Of a DNA stretch of 64,000 bases, positions 10,958 to 24,066 are shown piece after piece. The notes beneath the pieces are model-generated. The model saw only the letters and a program-made list of their open reading frames with translations. It did no database searches and was not told where the DNA came from. Source of the DNA: Mobula hypostoma (taxonomy: Eukaryota); the NCBI RefSeq assembly GCF_963921235.1, contig NC_086097.1, positions 7,626,001-7,690,000 of the forward strand, written 5' to 3'. How positions within the stretch are numbered: the first letter of the stretch is position 1; every line of letters begins with the position of its first letter. The position numbers and the translations under genes were made by a program.

Positions 10958-12477
10958 TTGCTCCTGCCCCAGCGAACTCATTTCTGCATACCTCGACAAT
11001 GTTTTATAGCCCCCCCCGCCCCCGTTCAATTCCTTCCCACCTATGTTCGTGACACTTCTCACGCTCTGAATTTTTTGAATGATTTTAGGTTCCCTGGGCC
11101 CCACCACTTTATTTTCACAATGGATGTCCATTCCCTATATACCTCCATTCCCCACCAGGAAGGTCTCAAAACTCTCAGCTTCTTTTTGGATTCCAGTCCT
11201 AATCAGTTCCCCTCTACCACCACTCTCCTCCGTCTACTGGAATTAGTCCTTACACTCAATAATTTCTCCTTTGGCTCCTCCCACTTCCTCCAAACTAAAG
11301 GTGTAGCAATGGGCACCTGTATGGGTCCTAGCTATGCCTGTCTTTTTGTTGGCTTTGTGGAACAATCTATGTTCCGTACCTATTCTGGTGTCAGTCCCCC
11401 ACTTTTCCTTCGCTACATCGACGACTGTATTGGTGCTGCTTCCTGCACGCATGCTGAGCTCGTTGACTTTATTAACTTTGCCTCCAACTTTCACCCTGCC
11501 CTCAAATTTACCTGGTCCATTTCCGACACCTCCCTCCCCATTCTTGATCTTTCTGTCTCTGTCTCTGGAGACAGTTTATCTACTGGTGTCTACTATAATC
11601 CTACAGACTCTCACAGCTACCTGGACTATTCCTCTTCCCAAACTATCTCTTGCAAAAATGCCATTCACTTCTCAAAATTCCTCCGTCTCTGCTGCATCTG
11701 CTCTCGGGATGAGGCTTTTCATTCCAGGATGAAGGAGATGTCTTCCTTTTTTAAAGATAGTGGCTTCCCTTCCTCCACCATCAACCCTGCTCTCAAACGC
11801 ATCTCTCCCATTTCATGCACATCTGCTCTCACCCCATCCTTCTGCCACCCCACTAGGAATAGGGTTCCCCTGGTCCTCACCTACCACCCCACCAGCCTCC
11901 GAGTACAACGTATTATTCTCCATAACTTCCACCACCTCCAACGGGATCCCACCAAGCACATCTTTCCCTCCCCCCCACCTCTGCTTTCTGAAGGGATCGC
12001 TCCCTACGCGACTCCCTTGTCCATTCGTCCCCCCCATCCCTTCCCACCGATCTCCCTTCCGGCACTTATCCTTGTAAGCGGAACAAGTGCTACACATGCT
12101 CTTACACTTCCTCCCTTACCACCATTCAGGGCCCCAGACAATCCTTCCAGGGGAGGCGACACTTCACCTGTGAGTCAGTTGGGGTGATAAACTGCGTCTG
12201 GTGCTCCCGATGTGGCCTGCTATATATTGGCGAGACCCGACTCAGACTAGGAGACCATTTCACTGAACACCTACACTCTGTCCGCCAGAGAAACCAGGAT
12301 CTCCCAGTGGCCACACATTTCAATTCCACTTCCCATTCCCATTCTGATATGTCCATCCATGGCCTCCTGTACTGTCAAGATGAAGCCACACTCAGGCTGG
12401 AGGAACAACACCTTATATTCCGTCTGGGTAGCCTCCAACCTGATGGCATGAACATTGACTTCTCTATCTTCCATTAA
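10958..12477 (+). pseudogene. PLE reverse transcriptase / GIY-YIG endonuclease ORF, lightly disrupted
   Basis: RT motifs FTMDVHSLYTSIP, KGVAMGTCMGPSYA and RYIDD. Frameshift in the C-run ~11966-11980 and TGA at 11989-11991. Then linker CKRNKCYTC (12073-12099) and CSRCGLLYIGETRLRLGDHFTEH. Confidence 0.93.
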
Positions 12478-12777
12478 TGCCCCTCCTCCCCTTTTTACCC
12501 CATCCATTATTTATTTATTATTATTTTTTCCCCCTTTCTTTCTTCTCTTTTTTCTCCTTCTGTCCCTCTCACTATATCTTCCTCTGGCACTCCTCTCTCC
12601 CTTTCTTTCCCCCTAGGCCTCCCGTCCCATAATCCTCTCCCTTCTCCAGCCTTGTATCCCTTTTGCCAATCAACTTTCTAGCTCTTGGCTCCATTCCTCC
12701 CCCTCCTGTCTTCTCCTATCATTTCAGATCTCCCCCCGCCCTCCACTTTCAAATCTCTTACTACTTCTTCTTTCAGT

Positions 12778-12815
12778 TAGTCCTGACGAAGGGTCTTGGC
12801 CCGAAACGTCAACTG
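12778..12815 (+). ncRNA. Minimal type I hammerhead ribozyme motif in the PLE pLTR
   Basis: Stem I TAGTC, core CTGACGA(A), stem II GGGT-CTTG-GCCC, GAAA, palindromic ACGT helix III, GTC cleavage triplet (cut after 12810), stem I' AACTG (GACTG in the copies at 1491 and 60182). Confidence 0.85.
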
Positions 12816-13549
12816 TACCCCTTCCTATAGATGCTGCCTGGCTTGCTGCGTTCCACCAGCATTTTGTGTGTGTTGATTAAATTGAGTATTGATGGACAGC
12901 AGGGCTCAAAGGGCCGGAAAGGCCTGTTCTGCGCTGTATCTCAATAAATAAACAAATAAATAGAATTTTCCAATATCTGTTTGATGAAGTATATTTGACT
13001 GGAGAAAAAACAAATATATCCATTTGCAGGGACATTTGCGATACTTTGGGAAATGCGCTCTGACGAAAATGCTAACTGATTGAAATTATTACAGTAACTG
13101 CTTTTCCAAGAATTTAAAACATGCAATGCCTCCAGATAGAATTGTTTTTTTGCTACACCTGGGGTGATTTTAGAAGTTTCTGTCATTCTTGTTCATACCT
13201 GCTGTTTTCAAGCTGATATCTACGCCTGAACAAAGAGGAATATTGGACTGAGTCATCACTTTAGTCTCCAGAGTATCACCCCAGGTTCAGATCCCTGACT
13301 GTCATCTCAGTCATGTTGATGATACCTGCCATGACGTGAATGCCTGCTCATTGCTTACCAGACACACTTCTGCAAATCCATAAAACAGTTGCAAAATTGG
13401 CTGCATCACCGTCTGGTTTTGGGGGGTGTGTGGGTGGGATGCTAATGACAATATCGAAATCAGCTGCAGCTGTAAACTTAGACAGCTCCATCATGGGCAC
13501 TAGCCTCCATAGTATCCATCATTCAGAATCCCTTCATCCAGGTCATGTC

Positions 13550-13550
<1 letters not shown>

Positions 13551-13581
<31 letters not shown>
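13551..13581. repeat. (TG)n microsatellite inside a Rex1/Babar remnant (~13398-13695)
   Basis: Direct reading. Confidence 0.95.
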
Positions 13582-13583
<2 letters not shown>

Positions 13584-14902
13584 ACCTACACACACTTACA
13601 TCTTTTTTTCTATTATTTTGTTTTGCATTGTACTGCTGCTGCAAAGACAACAAAGCTCACAGCATATGTCGGTGATATTATATCTGATTCTGATTTAAAT
13701 AGATGCTTGTTGGTATATGATTTGCTGTGGGCAAGAAAACTCATGGTAAAATTGCTTCACATAATTAGGCACTCAAATTTCCTTTAATCCCAGCAGTGAA
13801 CGTTTGGAAGACCTTGGTCAAGAGCAGTATACAGCAATTTGATTATAGTGGCACACAATTGTAGAGTTAGTGATGGGGCACAAAGAGGTGCATTGAGGAG
13901 AGATAGCTGAGTAGGATAACTAATCGATATATTTTAATGAAAGATGAATGTCTGGGCAATACCATTTGGTTCCAATGGATGGTCTTTCGTTACAGCACAC
14001 TTTGCCACTGTTAATCTGATTCATATCCTAAGGCATAATTAAAAATATATTAACTAGTTCTGGCAATGATTTCTGAATGAAATAACCGCAGTTCACAGGT
14101 GCAATAGTGAAACATCGTGCACAATTTGTATTTTGTTAAATATGGCCGTCATATCTCCAGAAGGATCACAAAGTAAATTTGAATGTTTTGAGTTAACTTG
14201 GAGTTCAAAAGTTCAGAAAAACATTGAGTCGTTACTTATATCATTTTGTACATTTGATAACATCATGTTATTAATTAGGAAATAAGCAATTGGCATGGAA
14301 AGTGCTAAATGAAAGAATGGTGCAGTATTAACCAACTCATTATAGAGCAAAAGAGCAAATAGCTTTTCAGTATATCTGCCCTCTTATCTCAGGTTATTAA
14401 AGGGTGGTAGCATGTAATGAGTCATTGTGAGAGAGCCTGTCTGAGATGCCGAAGTGCTGGGTTATGGACGGTAGTTTTTGAGAGACTCTTGATCAAGCTC
14501 TCTTCGGGGTCTTTGCTATTGCTTCCATGGTTGGGGGAAGAGGGCTGGTGCTTTTGACGGAGCAAGTAGGGGAGAGGGGAACAGGGAAGCTTGATGCTTT
14601 TCCTGCTGCTTGTACATAGGAGAGGAAAGGGGGAGCTTTGGGGTTCTGATGTTTTTATCATTCATTCTTTGGGGCTTTTTCTGTTACACGGATATCTGTG
14701 AAAAGTAATAATTTCAGGTTGTACACTGTACACATTCTCTGATTTTAAACTAAGTCATTGAACCATTGTGTTATGAAACACTACAGCTCAGAAACAGGCC
14801 CTTCCGCCCATCTAGTCTGTGCTATTAATTTCCACAGTCCCTTCATGCTACACCTGGACTAAAGTTCTCCAAACCCCTCTCATCCATGTACCTATGCTGA
14901 TG

Positions 14903-16157
14903 CACATGATGCAATAGGCTGTAGCCAGCATGGCTTCCTGAAGGAAAATATTGCCTGACAAATCTGTTGTAATTCTTTGAAAGACTATCAAGCAGGATAG
15001 ATAAAGAATCGGTAGATGCTGAAGCTGCTTAACAAGCTACGAGCCCATTGTCTTACAGGAAAGATCTTTGCATGAATAAAACAAAGGGTGATTGGCAGGA
15101 GGCAAAAAGTGGGAATAAAGGAAGCCTTTTCTGGCTGGCTGCCAGTGAATAGTGTTATTGCACAGGAACCGATTATTGGTTATGTTATATGTCAATAATT
15201 TGGATGATGGAATTGATGACTTTGTTGCAAAGTTTTCAGCCTATATGTAGATAGATGGAGGGGCAGATGGTTTTGAGGAAAAATGGAGGCTGTGAAAAGA
15301 TTTAGACAGATTAGGAGAAGGGGCAAAGAAGGAGAAGATGGAATAGAGGTTTGGGAAGTGTATGGTCATGCACTTTGATAGATGAAAGGGTTGACTATTT
15401 TCTAAATGGACAGAAAATCCAAAATAAAAACTGAGGCGTAAAGGGATTTGTGAGACCTTGTGCACAATTCCCTAAAGGTTAATTTGCAGGTTGAGTCAGT
15501 GATGAGGAAGGCAAATGCAATGTTAGCATTCATTTCGAGAGGACTAGAATATAAAAGCAAGAATGTAATGTTGAGAATTTATAAAGCACTGGTGAGGCCT
15601 CACTTGGAGTATTGTGAGCAGTTTTGGGCCCCTGATCTTAGAAAGGTGTGCTGAAACTGGAGAGGGATTAAAGGAGGTTCATGGAAATTATTCCAGGATT
15701 AAACTGCTTGTCATATGAAGAGCGTTTGATGGCTTTGTCCCTGTATTCTCTGGAATTTAAAAGAATGAGGGGTGACCTAATTAAAACCTACCAAATGGTA
15801 AAAGGCCTTGATAAAGTGCATGTGGAGAGGATGTTTCCTATGGTGGATTAGTCTAAGGGCATAGAACTCAGCTTCAATATAGAGGAGCCTCCTTTTAAAA
15901 AAGAAATGAGGAGGAATTTCTTTAGCCAGAGAGTGGTTGAACCTGTGGAATTCTTTGACACAGGCAGCTGTGGAGCCCAAGTCTTTATGTACCTTTAAGG
16001 CCCAGCTTGATAGATTCTTGATTGGTTAGAACATAAAGGTTACGGGGGGTGGGGAAAGGCAGGAGATTGAGGCTGACTGAAAAAATGGATCAGCCATGAT
16101 GAAATGTCGGAGCAGACTCGATGGGCAAAATGAACTGCTCCTATATCGCATGGTCTT
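14903..16157 (+). mobile_element. Degraded CR1 LINE (RT to 3'UTR)
   Basis: RKANAMLAFISRGLEYKSK...YKALVRPHLEYCEQFWAP; QHGF-like and FAD-like remnants upstream. Confidence 0.9.
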
Positions 16158-16495
16158 AATTTTTAAGTGATATTTCAGTAATCTTGTGTGCATTTCACTG
16201 AAGGTAAACACTGAGTTAGACCCGCTTTCCCAGACTCACCTTTCTTTCTTTGAATTAGTTTAATGTTTTGAAGCTACAAAACATAACATCCACAAATTTC
16301 TCTTAAATGTTGAAATCAAACCTGGGTCCACCACTTTCACTGTTAGCTTGTTCCACACTCTCACCACCCTCTGAGTTAATAAGTTCCCTCTCATGTTCCT
16401 TTAAACATTTCTCCTTTCAAGCTTAACTCATGATCTATAGTTTTGTAATTTTTTAAAATATTTTTACATAGGCATTAAGAACATATGCCTTAAAA

Positions 16496-16872
16496 TGTAT
16501 AAAATCCTAAAAGGATTGGACAGGCTAGATGCAGGAAGATTGTTCCCGATGTTGGGGAAGTCCAGAACGAGGAGTCACAGTTTGAGGATAAAGGGGAAGC
16601 CTTTTAGGACCGAGATTAGGAAAAACTTCTTCACACAGAGAGTGGTGAATCTGTGGAATTCTCTGCCACAGGAAACAGTTGAGGCCAGTTCATTGGCTAT
16701 ATTTAAGAGGGGGTTAGATATGGCCCTTGTGGCTAAAGAGATCAGGGGGTATGGAGGGAAGGCTGGTTCAGGGTTCTGAGTTGGATGATCAGCCATGATC
16801 GTACTGAATGGCGGTGCAGGCTCGAAGGGCCGAATGGCCTACTCCTGCACCTATTTTCTATGTTTCTATGTT
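16496..16872 (+). mobile_element. Young CR1 3' end, same subfamily as 37920-39094
   Basis: YKILKGLDRLDAGRLFPMLGKSRTR...; (CTATGTTT)n tail; few mismatches to 38716-39094. Confidence 0.95.
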
Positions 16873-16919
16873 TTAACCAAAGAGCTCATGTTTATTTGCA
16901 AGTCAGCAGATTTAAAAGC

Positions 16920-17467
16920 TGTGTTCTGTCCATATACTGGTGTAGGACAGAGCGCGGCCTTGCCAATCTGCCATCATTTCACGCCACGATCCTCTGGAAG
17001 ATCCTCCATATATTTTGGCCAGGAAATACATTATTCTCAACCGCACACTAGTCCTTCAGTGTCATAGACCACAAAAGCATAAGATACAGGAGCAGAATGA
17101 TGTCTTTCAGCCCATTGAATCTGTTCCTACATTGCTTCATGGCTGATCCATTTTCCTCTCAACCCCATTCTCCTGCATCAAGAGGTCATAGCCTCTTCAA
17201 TCATCATGAGGAAGTGTTGGAGATGGATTGGGCAGGTGGTGAGAAGGTGGGACAACTCCATCATCAAGATAGCACTTTATTGGCCCCCTGAAGGGTGGGG
17301 AAAATGCAGGAGACCAAAGACAACTTGGCGATGTACTGCAGAGGCAGAAATGAGAATCTTGAACCACACCTGGGGCACAATAGAGAAGATAACCAAGAGC
17401 AGACAAAGGTGGAGGAACTTCATTGCGGCCCTAAATGCCAGCAGCATAATGGGCTGTAAGTAAGTAG
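16920..17467 (+). mobile_element. RTE-clade LINE 3' end, interrupted by a CR1 3'UTR piece (~17063-17177)
   Basis: LWKILHIFWP, then WRWIGQVVR...IALYWPPEG...RPKTTWR...RQRWRNFIAAL; (TAAG)n tail. Confidence 0.85.
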
Positions 17468-17755
17468 GCTGAAAGCTCTTGCACTTTGAGTCTTCAGGCT
17501 ATTAGTGCTGAATGCTTGCTCCATATTTGTCTGTGACAGTTTTATATTGGTGCCAAGCAGGTACCCAACATGACTTGCTCGTCCAAGGGATAACGGTATA
17601 AATACAATTATGGATCCAGAGTGAAACTGTTTACAGATATACTGCAACATTATTTTGTCAATCCTAGCAAGAATGCTTTTATAGACAATGTAATAACAGT
17701 GAAACATTGAAAAATCAAAACAAGAAATCTTTTTTGCCATTAAAATTAGAATCAG

Positions 17756-17889
17756 GACTGCCAAAGGGTCACAGCCCGAAATATCAACTGTAATTTCCAT
17801 AGATGCTGCCTGACCTGCTGAATTTCTCCAGCATTTTGTGTATGTTGCTTGGATTTCCAGCATTTGCAAATTTTCTCTTGTTTGTGATT
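17756..17889 (+). mobile_element. Solo PLE pLTR (degraded hammerhead to tail)
   Basis: CTGCCAAAGGGTCACAGCCCGAAAT...GATGCTGCCTGACCTGCTG...TTTTCTCTTGTTTGTG. Confidence 0.85.
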
Positions 17890-18239
17890 AAGTTTGTGTA
17901 CATTTCTATTCAGAAATGTTCTGGTGGAGGTTAAGAGGCTGTTCCTGAAATGTTGAGTGTGTTTTCAGGCTCCTGTGCCACCTCTCTGATGGTAGCTATG
18001 AGAAAAGGGTGATAGGGATCCTTAACGATGAATGCAACCTTTTTGAGCCATCGACTTTTGTAGGAGTCCTTGTTGCTGGACACTTTCAAAAGATGAATTC
18101 ATTGCAATGTAAATGATTCTTAGCTCAAAATTTAAAAAGCATCCATTTGTTTGAAATTATAATCATCTATCACAAAAAGATAGACTGGTCAAGCCTCCAT
18201 ACAATTTGAAGAAGCTAGCTGATGTGAATTATTCACACA

Positions 18240-18345
18240 AGAGATGCTGTGAACCCAGAGCAACCCACTCAAAATGCAAGAGGAATTCAGCAGGTCAGGC
18301 AGCATCTAAGGAAATGAATAAACAGTTGACGTTTCAGGCCGAGAT
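18240..18345 (-). mobile_element. Solo PLE pLTR
   Basis: Reverse complement of the pLTR, including GACGTTTCAGGCCGAG. Confidence 0.8.
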
Positions 18346-18354
18346 TATTTATTG

Positions 18355-18580
18355 ATTTTATTTAGATATACAGCGTGATAACAGGCCCTTATGGCCCAAA
18401 AAGCAACCATGTGACCAACTAACCTGCTAACCTCCATCTTTCGACCATGGAAGGAGACCGAAGCACCTGGAGGTAATCCATGCAGTCACGGAAGAAACAT
18501 ATGAACTCCTTACAGGCAGCGGCAGGAATTAAACCGAGGTCACTGGCGTTGTAAAATGTTACACTAATTACGATGCTAAC
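18355..18580 (-). mobile_element. HE1-like V-SINE
   Basis: Antisense head, V-domain and tail. Confidence 0.75.
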
Positions 18581-19293
18581 TTGCCTCTTTTCCCTTGCTC
18601 CATTGTCTTGGAGATTTTCCTCTTCAAACATACACCTAAAAGCTTTCTCAGAGTTATCCTTAATCTGCTTCCGCAACCCTTCCAAACGATGCCAAGCTTT
18701 GTAATGTAGAATATTCCTTCTGCTTTCATAACCTAGGGTACCTTACATTTGGACCACTACTTATTCCAGAAATAATTTTAAAAAATGGAAGGGTGGGGTA
18801 AATTATGAAGGAAGAGGTTAGATGTTTAGAACTGGAAGCAGAAAAATATTTTAAAGATCAGGGATTGAGAGCTAATGGGAATTGACCCAGAGAAGGAGAG
18901 TTTGGGGCCTAGCATTAAGCACCCCATTTCATACAGAATGCTGTGACAGGCTTGGAGGGCCTGATCACCCACTCCTGCTATTCATGTATTCCTGTGGAGC
19001 ACGGGCAGTGGCACAGATCACTGGAGCAATTTATACCGTGTACTAGGATGTAGTCTCTGACCAGGAACAGAGTGTGCTTTGCACTTACAAGTCAGCTCCT
19101 CTAATTCAGCAACAAACTCCAAGGTATTTCACAACAGCAAATATCAGACAAAATTTAATGCAGGACTACTGAGAAAATCACCAAACGATTGATGAAAGAG
19201 ACGCATTTTCATAGAGGGGGGAAAGGCTGTAATCAGCAAGTCAACAAATGAGAATTGTTGATAGTATTGAAGGTAGAGGGGATGAGTAGAGCT

Positions 19294-19360
19294 GGCGGGG
19301 GGAAGGCGCGAGAGGCGGAGGGGGGAACGGCACGAGAGGCGGAGGGGGGACGGCGCGAGA
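19294..19360 (+). repeat. G/CpG-rich minisatellite, about 3 x 20-24 bp (GGCGGAGGGGGGAACGGCRCGAGA)
   Basis: Direct reading. Confidence 0.9.
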
Positions 19361-19547
19361 GTTAGAGGAAGATTCTTTTCCCATTCTCTTGCCTTCTCCC
19401 CATAATCTTTGACACCCTGATGAATCAAAAACCTATCACCCTGCGTTTTAAATATACACATGACTTGTCCCCATCGCTGTCAGTAGCAGTGCATTCCACA
19501 GGTTCACCACTCTCTGGCTGAAGAAGTTTTTCATCATCCTCTCAAAG

Positions 19548-19950
19548 TAGGCTGTAAAGAGTTATAAACTTAGCTCCATTATGGGCACTAGCCTTCAAAG
19601 TATCCATGACATCTTCAAGGAGCAATGTCTCAAAAAGGCAGCATCCCTTATTACCCTGATCTTATTGCTACCGTCAATAAGGAGGTACAGGAGCCTGTTG
19701 GCATCCACTCAGTGATTCAGGAACAGAATCTTCCCCACTGCCATCTGATTTCTGAATGGACATTGAACCTATAGACACTACCTTATTACTTGTTAATCTC
19801 TATTTTGCACTACTCATTTAATTTAACTAGTTACATATATATATATATACACACACGCCCACTTACTGTAATCCACATTTTTTTCTATTACTATGTATTG
19901 CATTGTACAGCTGCTGCAAAGACATCAAATTAAACCTGATTCTGATTCTG
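19548..19950 (+). mobile_element. Rex1/Babar LINE 3' end
   Basis: RRYRSL..FRNRIFPTAI remnant; (GATTCT)n tail. Confidence 0.8.
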
Positions 19951-20209
19951 AAACGAGTGCAGCTTGGATCGTCATTTCGGTTCGTATGGATGAGATTGCC
20001 TGAGGAGCCTGTTTCCATGCATGTCTCTATAGTTACAAGAAATTGAAAATTAAAGAGCATACTGGAACTGTACAGTATATCAAGAAGGTGTCAGTGATGA
20101 TGTGGATATGTGGCTGGAGTTTGGCGGAGACCCAAGGAGACATCAACAGCTGCACTGTAAAGAACCACAGGCCACCTCCTCTTCACAGTTCACTGTGGAT
20201 CTCACTTAC

Positions 20210-20268
20210 ATACGGCTGTGTACCAAAATACCATAGTGAAAGGCAAGTCAGATGGCAGATGTTATCCC
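20210..20268 (-). other. Candidate 59-nt spliced exon of an unidentified transcript
   Basis: Acceptor CTATTCTCCTGCAG| and donor |GTAAGT in non-repeat DNA. Confidence 0.4.
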
Positions 20269-20341
20269 CTGCAGGAGAATAGATATAGTGAGTATAGGGA
20301 CATTTACCAGTCGAGGATTTTTTATCTCAAGTTTTCGAGAC

Positions 20342-20868
20342 TTAAGACCATAAGATATAGGAGCAGAATTAGGCCATTTAGCCCAACAAAACTGCTCTGT
20401 CATTTCATCATGGCTGATTCATTTTCCTCTCGGCCCCAATCTCCTGCCTTCCTCCCCTCCTCCCCATATCCCTTTATGCCCTGACTAATCAAGAATCTAT
20501 CAATCTCTGCCTTAAATATAACCAATGATTTGACCTCTACAGCCACTTGTGGTAATGAATTCCACAGATTCACCACTCTCTGGCTAAAAAAATTCCTCCT
20601 CATCTCTGTTCTAGGACACTCCTCTATTCTGAAACTGTGCCTTCTGGTCTTAGATTCTCTCACTATAGGAAACATCCTCCTTACGTCCACTCTATCTAGG
20701 CCTTTCAATGATATCCCCTCAATCTTTTGAATTTTAGCAGGTACTGGCCCAGAGCCATCAATCACTCCTCATGTGATAAGCCTTTCAATCCCAGAATCAT
20801 TTTTGTGAATCTCCTTTGAAACCTCTCCAAAGACAGCACATCCTCACCAGTGCCTTATAAAGCCTCAA
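20342..20868 (-). mobile_element. CR1 LINE 3' end
   Basis: LKGLDRVDVRRMFPIVRESKTR...RNFFSQRVVNLWNSLP. Confidence 0.9.
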
Positions 20869-21537
20869 CTCATTGATTCTTTATTATTAATTTTGTTTTG
20901 TAGTTACACGGTTTGTTGCCTTTTGTACATTGGTTGTTTGTCTGTCTCTATTGTTTGCATTTTTTCATTAATTCTATCATGTTTCTTACTATTTACTGTG
21001 AATTATCGTAAGAAAAGTAATTTCGGGGGAGCATGTGGTGACATATATGCATTTTTCTGGTACATCTCCTCTGAACTTTGAGTTCTCCAGTGCTGATGTA
21101 AGTACTGCAATCCTATTTTGAATTATACCGATGACTCTAAAAATGTTAAGTCATCTACTCTGCTTCATTTTAATTTATCTCAGTTTGTTGTGCAGTTTCT
21201 GATTTGTATTTCACTAAATTATTCATTTTTCATTGTTTTGGGCCCATTATCTGAGAAGGCATATGCTCGCGTTGAGGCAGATTCTGAGGAAGTTTATGAG
21301 AAAGATCCTGGGAATTAAAAGTTTAATGTATGAGGAGCATTTGATGGCTCTGGGCCTGAACTCACAGAAACTTAGAAAACGAGGGGGTTCTCTTTGAAAT
21401 CTACTGAATATTGAAAGGCCTAGATTGAGTAGATGAGGAGAGGATGTTTCTTTTCGTGTCTTTAGCACAATACTAAAGGCACTATTGTGTTTATAGTACA
21501 ATCTTTACCTCCATGGACAAATAAAGCATGAATACTG

Positions 21538-21660
21538 TAATGATAAAGGGTCCTGACCTGAAACACTGACTGTTTATTTCCCTCTAGATTCTGCCTGACC
21601 TGTTACTTCAACTCTTCTGTGTGGTGCTCCAGATTTCCAGCACCTGCAGTCTCCCATGTC
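21538..21660 (+). mobile_element. Degraded solo PLE pLTR
   Basis: TGATAAAGGGTCCTGACCTGAAACACTGACTG...GATTTCCAGCACCTGCAG. Confidence 0.75.
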
Positions 21661-22142
21661 TTCATCAACAATAATGACCTATTTTGTCCTTCCCATGGGT
21701 TTGTTCATCATCAGTACTAATTTTGAATTGAAACTAATACAAACATTGAGCTCACTCTCTGCTTCGAGTCGAGCCAGTTTCTAAATGGTACTACAGGTTG
21801 AAATTCTCTAGTCTGGCACTGTGGTCTGGCGCATTTTGATTCTGTTGTGCAGATCTATACCAGTTAAATTATTCTATCCCAGATATAACTAAAATCTAAA
21901 ATTAACTAACAACTGTACAAATTCACAGTTTATTAACATACCTGTACAATCTCTGATCTCAGCCAATTTACAGAAACTTTGGGTTATGGGGCAGTTTTTG
22001 TGACCCCAGGAGTATCTAAACTTAAAAAGAATTTGTCATACTTGAAATATATTTAATATTTTAGTAATATCAGTAATATTGTAAATATATTGTTTGATTA
22101 AACATTCTTTGTTGGTTGACTTATCTCATTCTGGGTTGTATG

Positions 22143-22548
22143 TCTGAGTCTGAGGCTTCTGTTGGTCAGAGTTGACCATGGGATGTTGCATCAGCTATCA
22201 AGATACACAAGCCTGGGTGGTACAGATATGAAGAGCAAGCAGTTGCCCATGTAGCAAGCTCCCCCTCTCAACACATCTGACGAACCCAAAGGAACAGCAG
22301 ACACCAATACAGATTGGTACCAGGAACATCGCAGAAGTTGCCAGTCACCATTGAAATCAAGGTAGGACTGCCTTAGGGACTCCAGCTCTGGATTATTTCC
22401 TCAGGTTTACTCCTGACGCCCTCCCCATGAATAGACAATGCAGTGGAGGTTTGAGCTCAGCGTTTGCCTCTCCCTAGCTGAGCGGCCAACCATGACTGAT
22501 GAGCCCCACCTGCCCGAAGTGACTGGTTTTAAGGTGCCGGTAACCTGA
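22143..22548 (-). mobile_element. Non-coding RTE-type element (family of 60000-60689), 3' half
   Basis: Colinear similarity to 25397-25790 and, in reverse, to 60300-60689. Confidence 0.8.
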
Positions 22549-22549
22549 G

Positions 22550-22853
22550 CTTATTCTCACCTATTTATTACTTCCTGCTGGGTCCTCTTCTTTTCTCCTA
22601 TACGATTCTCTTCTTCAGCACTTGACCTTTCCCACCCACCTGGCTTCACCAATCACTTTCCTACTCGCCTCTTTTCCCTCCCCCCACCTTTTTATTCTGG
22701 TGTCCTCCCTCTTCCTTCTCAGTCCATGAAGAATGGTCTTGGCCAGTAATGTAGACAGTTTACTCTTTTCCACAGATGTTATCTGACCTGCTGAGTTCCT
22801 CCAGCATTTTGTGTGTGTTACTTTAAACTTCCAGCATTTGCAGATTTTGTGTT
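22550..22853 (+). mobile_element. PLE 3'UTR and pLTR fragment
   Basis: Pyrimidine-rich UTR like 10140-10355, then pLTR with tail. Confidence 0.8.
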
Positions 22854-23128
22854 AATGATAGACCTGATTCTGATATGGGTCTTCAGTGTGAATTGAAAGT
22901 GGTAACAGGGCAGGAAGAGTAGAATCATGGTTGGGAAAAGGGGAAGAGAGGGAAACACTGGAAAGACTTTCTGTGATGATCAATAAGCCAATAGTTTGGA
23001 ACCAAATGACTTTGCCTGGAATCTTAGGGATGGATGTGTCTGCACCCACACCACCTCCTGCCCCTAGCACTCCTTCTCTGCAACCTTTCTCAAACTTCTC
23101 CCATGGCACTCCCTCACCATTCCCAATA

Positions 23129-23549
23129 GACACCAACAGAACCAACAAATTCATTCGAAAGGCCAGTGATGTTGTGGGGATGGAACTGGACTCTCTCACC
23201 GTGGTGTCTGAAAAGAGGATGCTGTCCAAGTTGCATGCTATCTTGGACAACGTCTCCCATCCACTACATAATGGACTGGTTGGGCACAGGAGTACATTCA
23301 GTCAGAGACTCATTCCACCGAGATGCAGCACAGAGTGTCATAGGAAGTCATTCCTGCCTGTGGCCATCAAACTTTACAACCCCTCCCTTGGAGGGTCAGA
23401 GACCCTGAGCCAATAGGCTGGGCCTGGACTTATTTCCTGGCATAATTTACATATTACTTTAATTATTTATGGCTTTATTACTATTTAATTATTTATGGTG
23501 CAACTGTAACAAAAAACAATTTCCCCTGGGAACAATAAAGTATGACTAT
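23129..23549 (+). mobile_element. Young Rex1-type LINE 3' end, (TATGAC)n family
   Basis: KFIRKASDVVG...ILDNVSHPLH...PRCSTECHRKSFLPVAIKLYN; highly similar copy at 62994-63380. Confidence 0.9.
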
Positions 23550-23809
23550 CCTTTGCTCTCGCCAGATTTACAAACTTCCTCTCCACTCCACATTGACAAA
23601 TACAGTATTGTGCAAATGTCTTAGGCACTCTAGCTTATACATATGTCTAAGACTTTTGCACAGTACGGTGTGTGAATGGTATTTGTCATTATGCTCACCA
23701 TGTCGTAAGGAGTGCTTCACTCAAGAAAGAAACTTAAGTTGACAACATGTGTTCTTTGTATTAGTTTCTGGAGTTACAAAACATAACGGTATTCTCTGGA
23801 TAATGACCA

Positions 23810-24066
23810 GGGTGCCACAGTAGCTTTGCTGTTAGCATGATGCTATTACAGCTTGAGGCATTCAGAGTTCAGAGTTCAGTCTGGCACTAACTTTAAGGAG
23901 TTTGTACATTCTCCCCACACCTATGTGTGTGTTCCAGTTTTCTCTCAAAGTCCAAAGATGTGCTAGGTCAATTGGTCAATGTAAATTGTTAGGGTTAAAT
24001 AGTTGGGTTGCTGGATGGTGCGGCTCATTGTGCCAGAGGACCTGTTCCACTCTGTATCTCTAAATA
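23810..24066 (+). mobile_element. HE1-like V-SINE
   Basis: Head, V-domain remnant and CTGTATCTCTAAATAA tail. Confidence 0.75.

Larger units (their letters stand above)
10931..12876 (+). mobile_element. Penelope-like retroelement (Neptune-type), 5'-truncated
   Basis: RT, Cys-rich linker, GIY-YIG endonuclease, pyrimidine-rich 3'UTR and hammerhead-bearing pLTR. Confidence 0.95.
10718..12960 (+). mobile_element. HE1-like V-SINE split by a 1.95-kb PLE
   Basis: Head and V-domain 10718-10930; tail GGGCCGGAAAGGCCTGTTCTGCGCTGTATCTCAATAAATAAA at 12877-12960. Confidence 0.85.
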
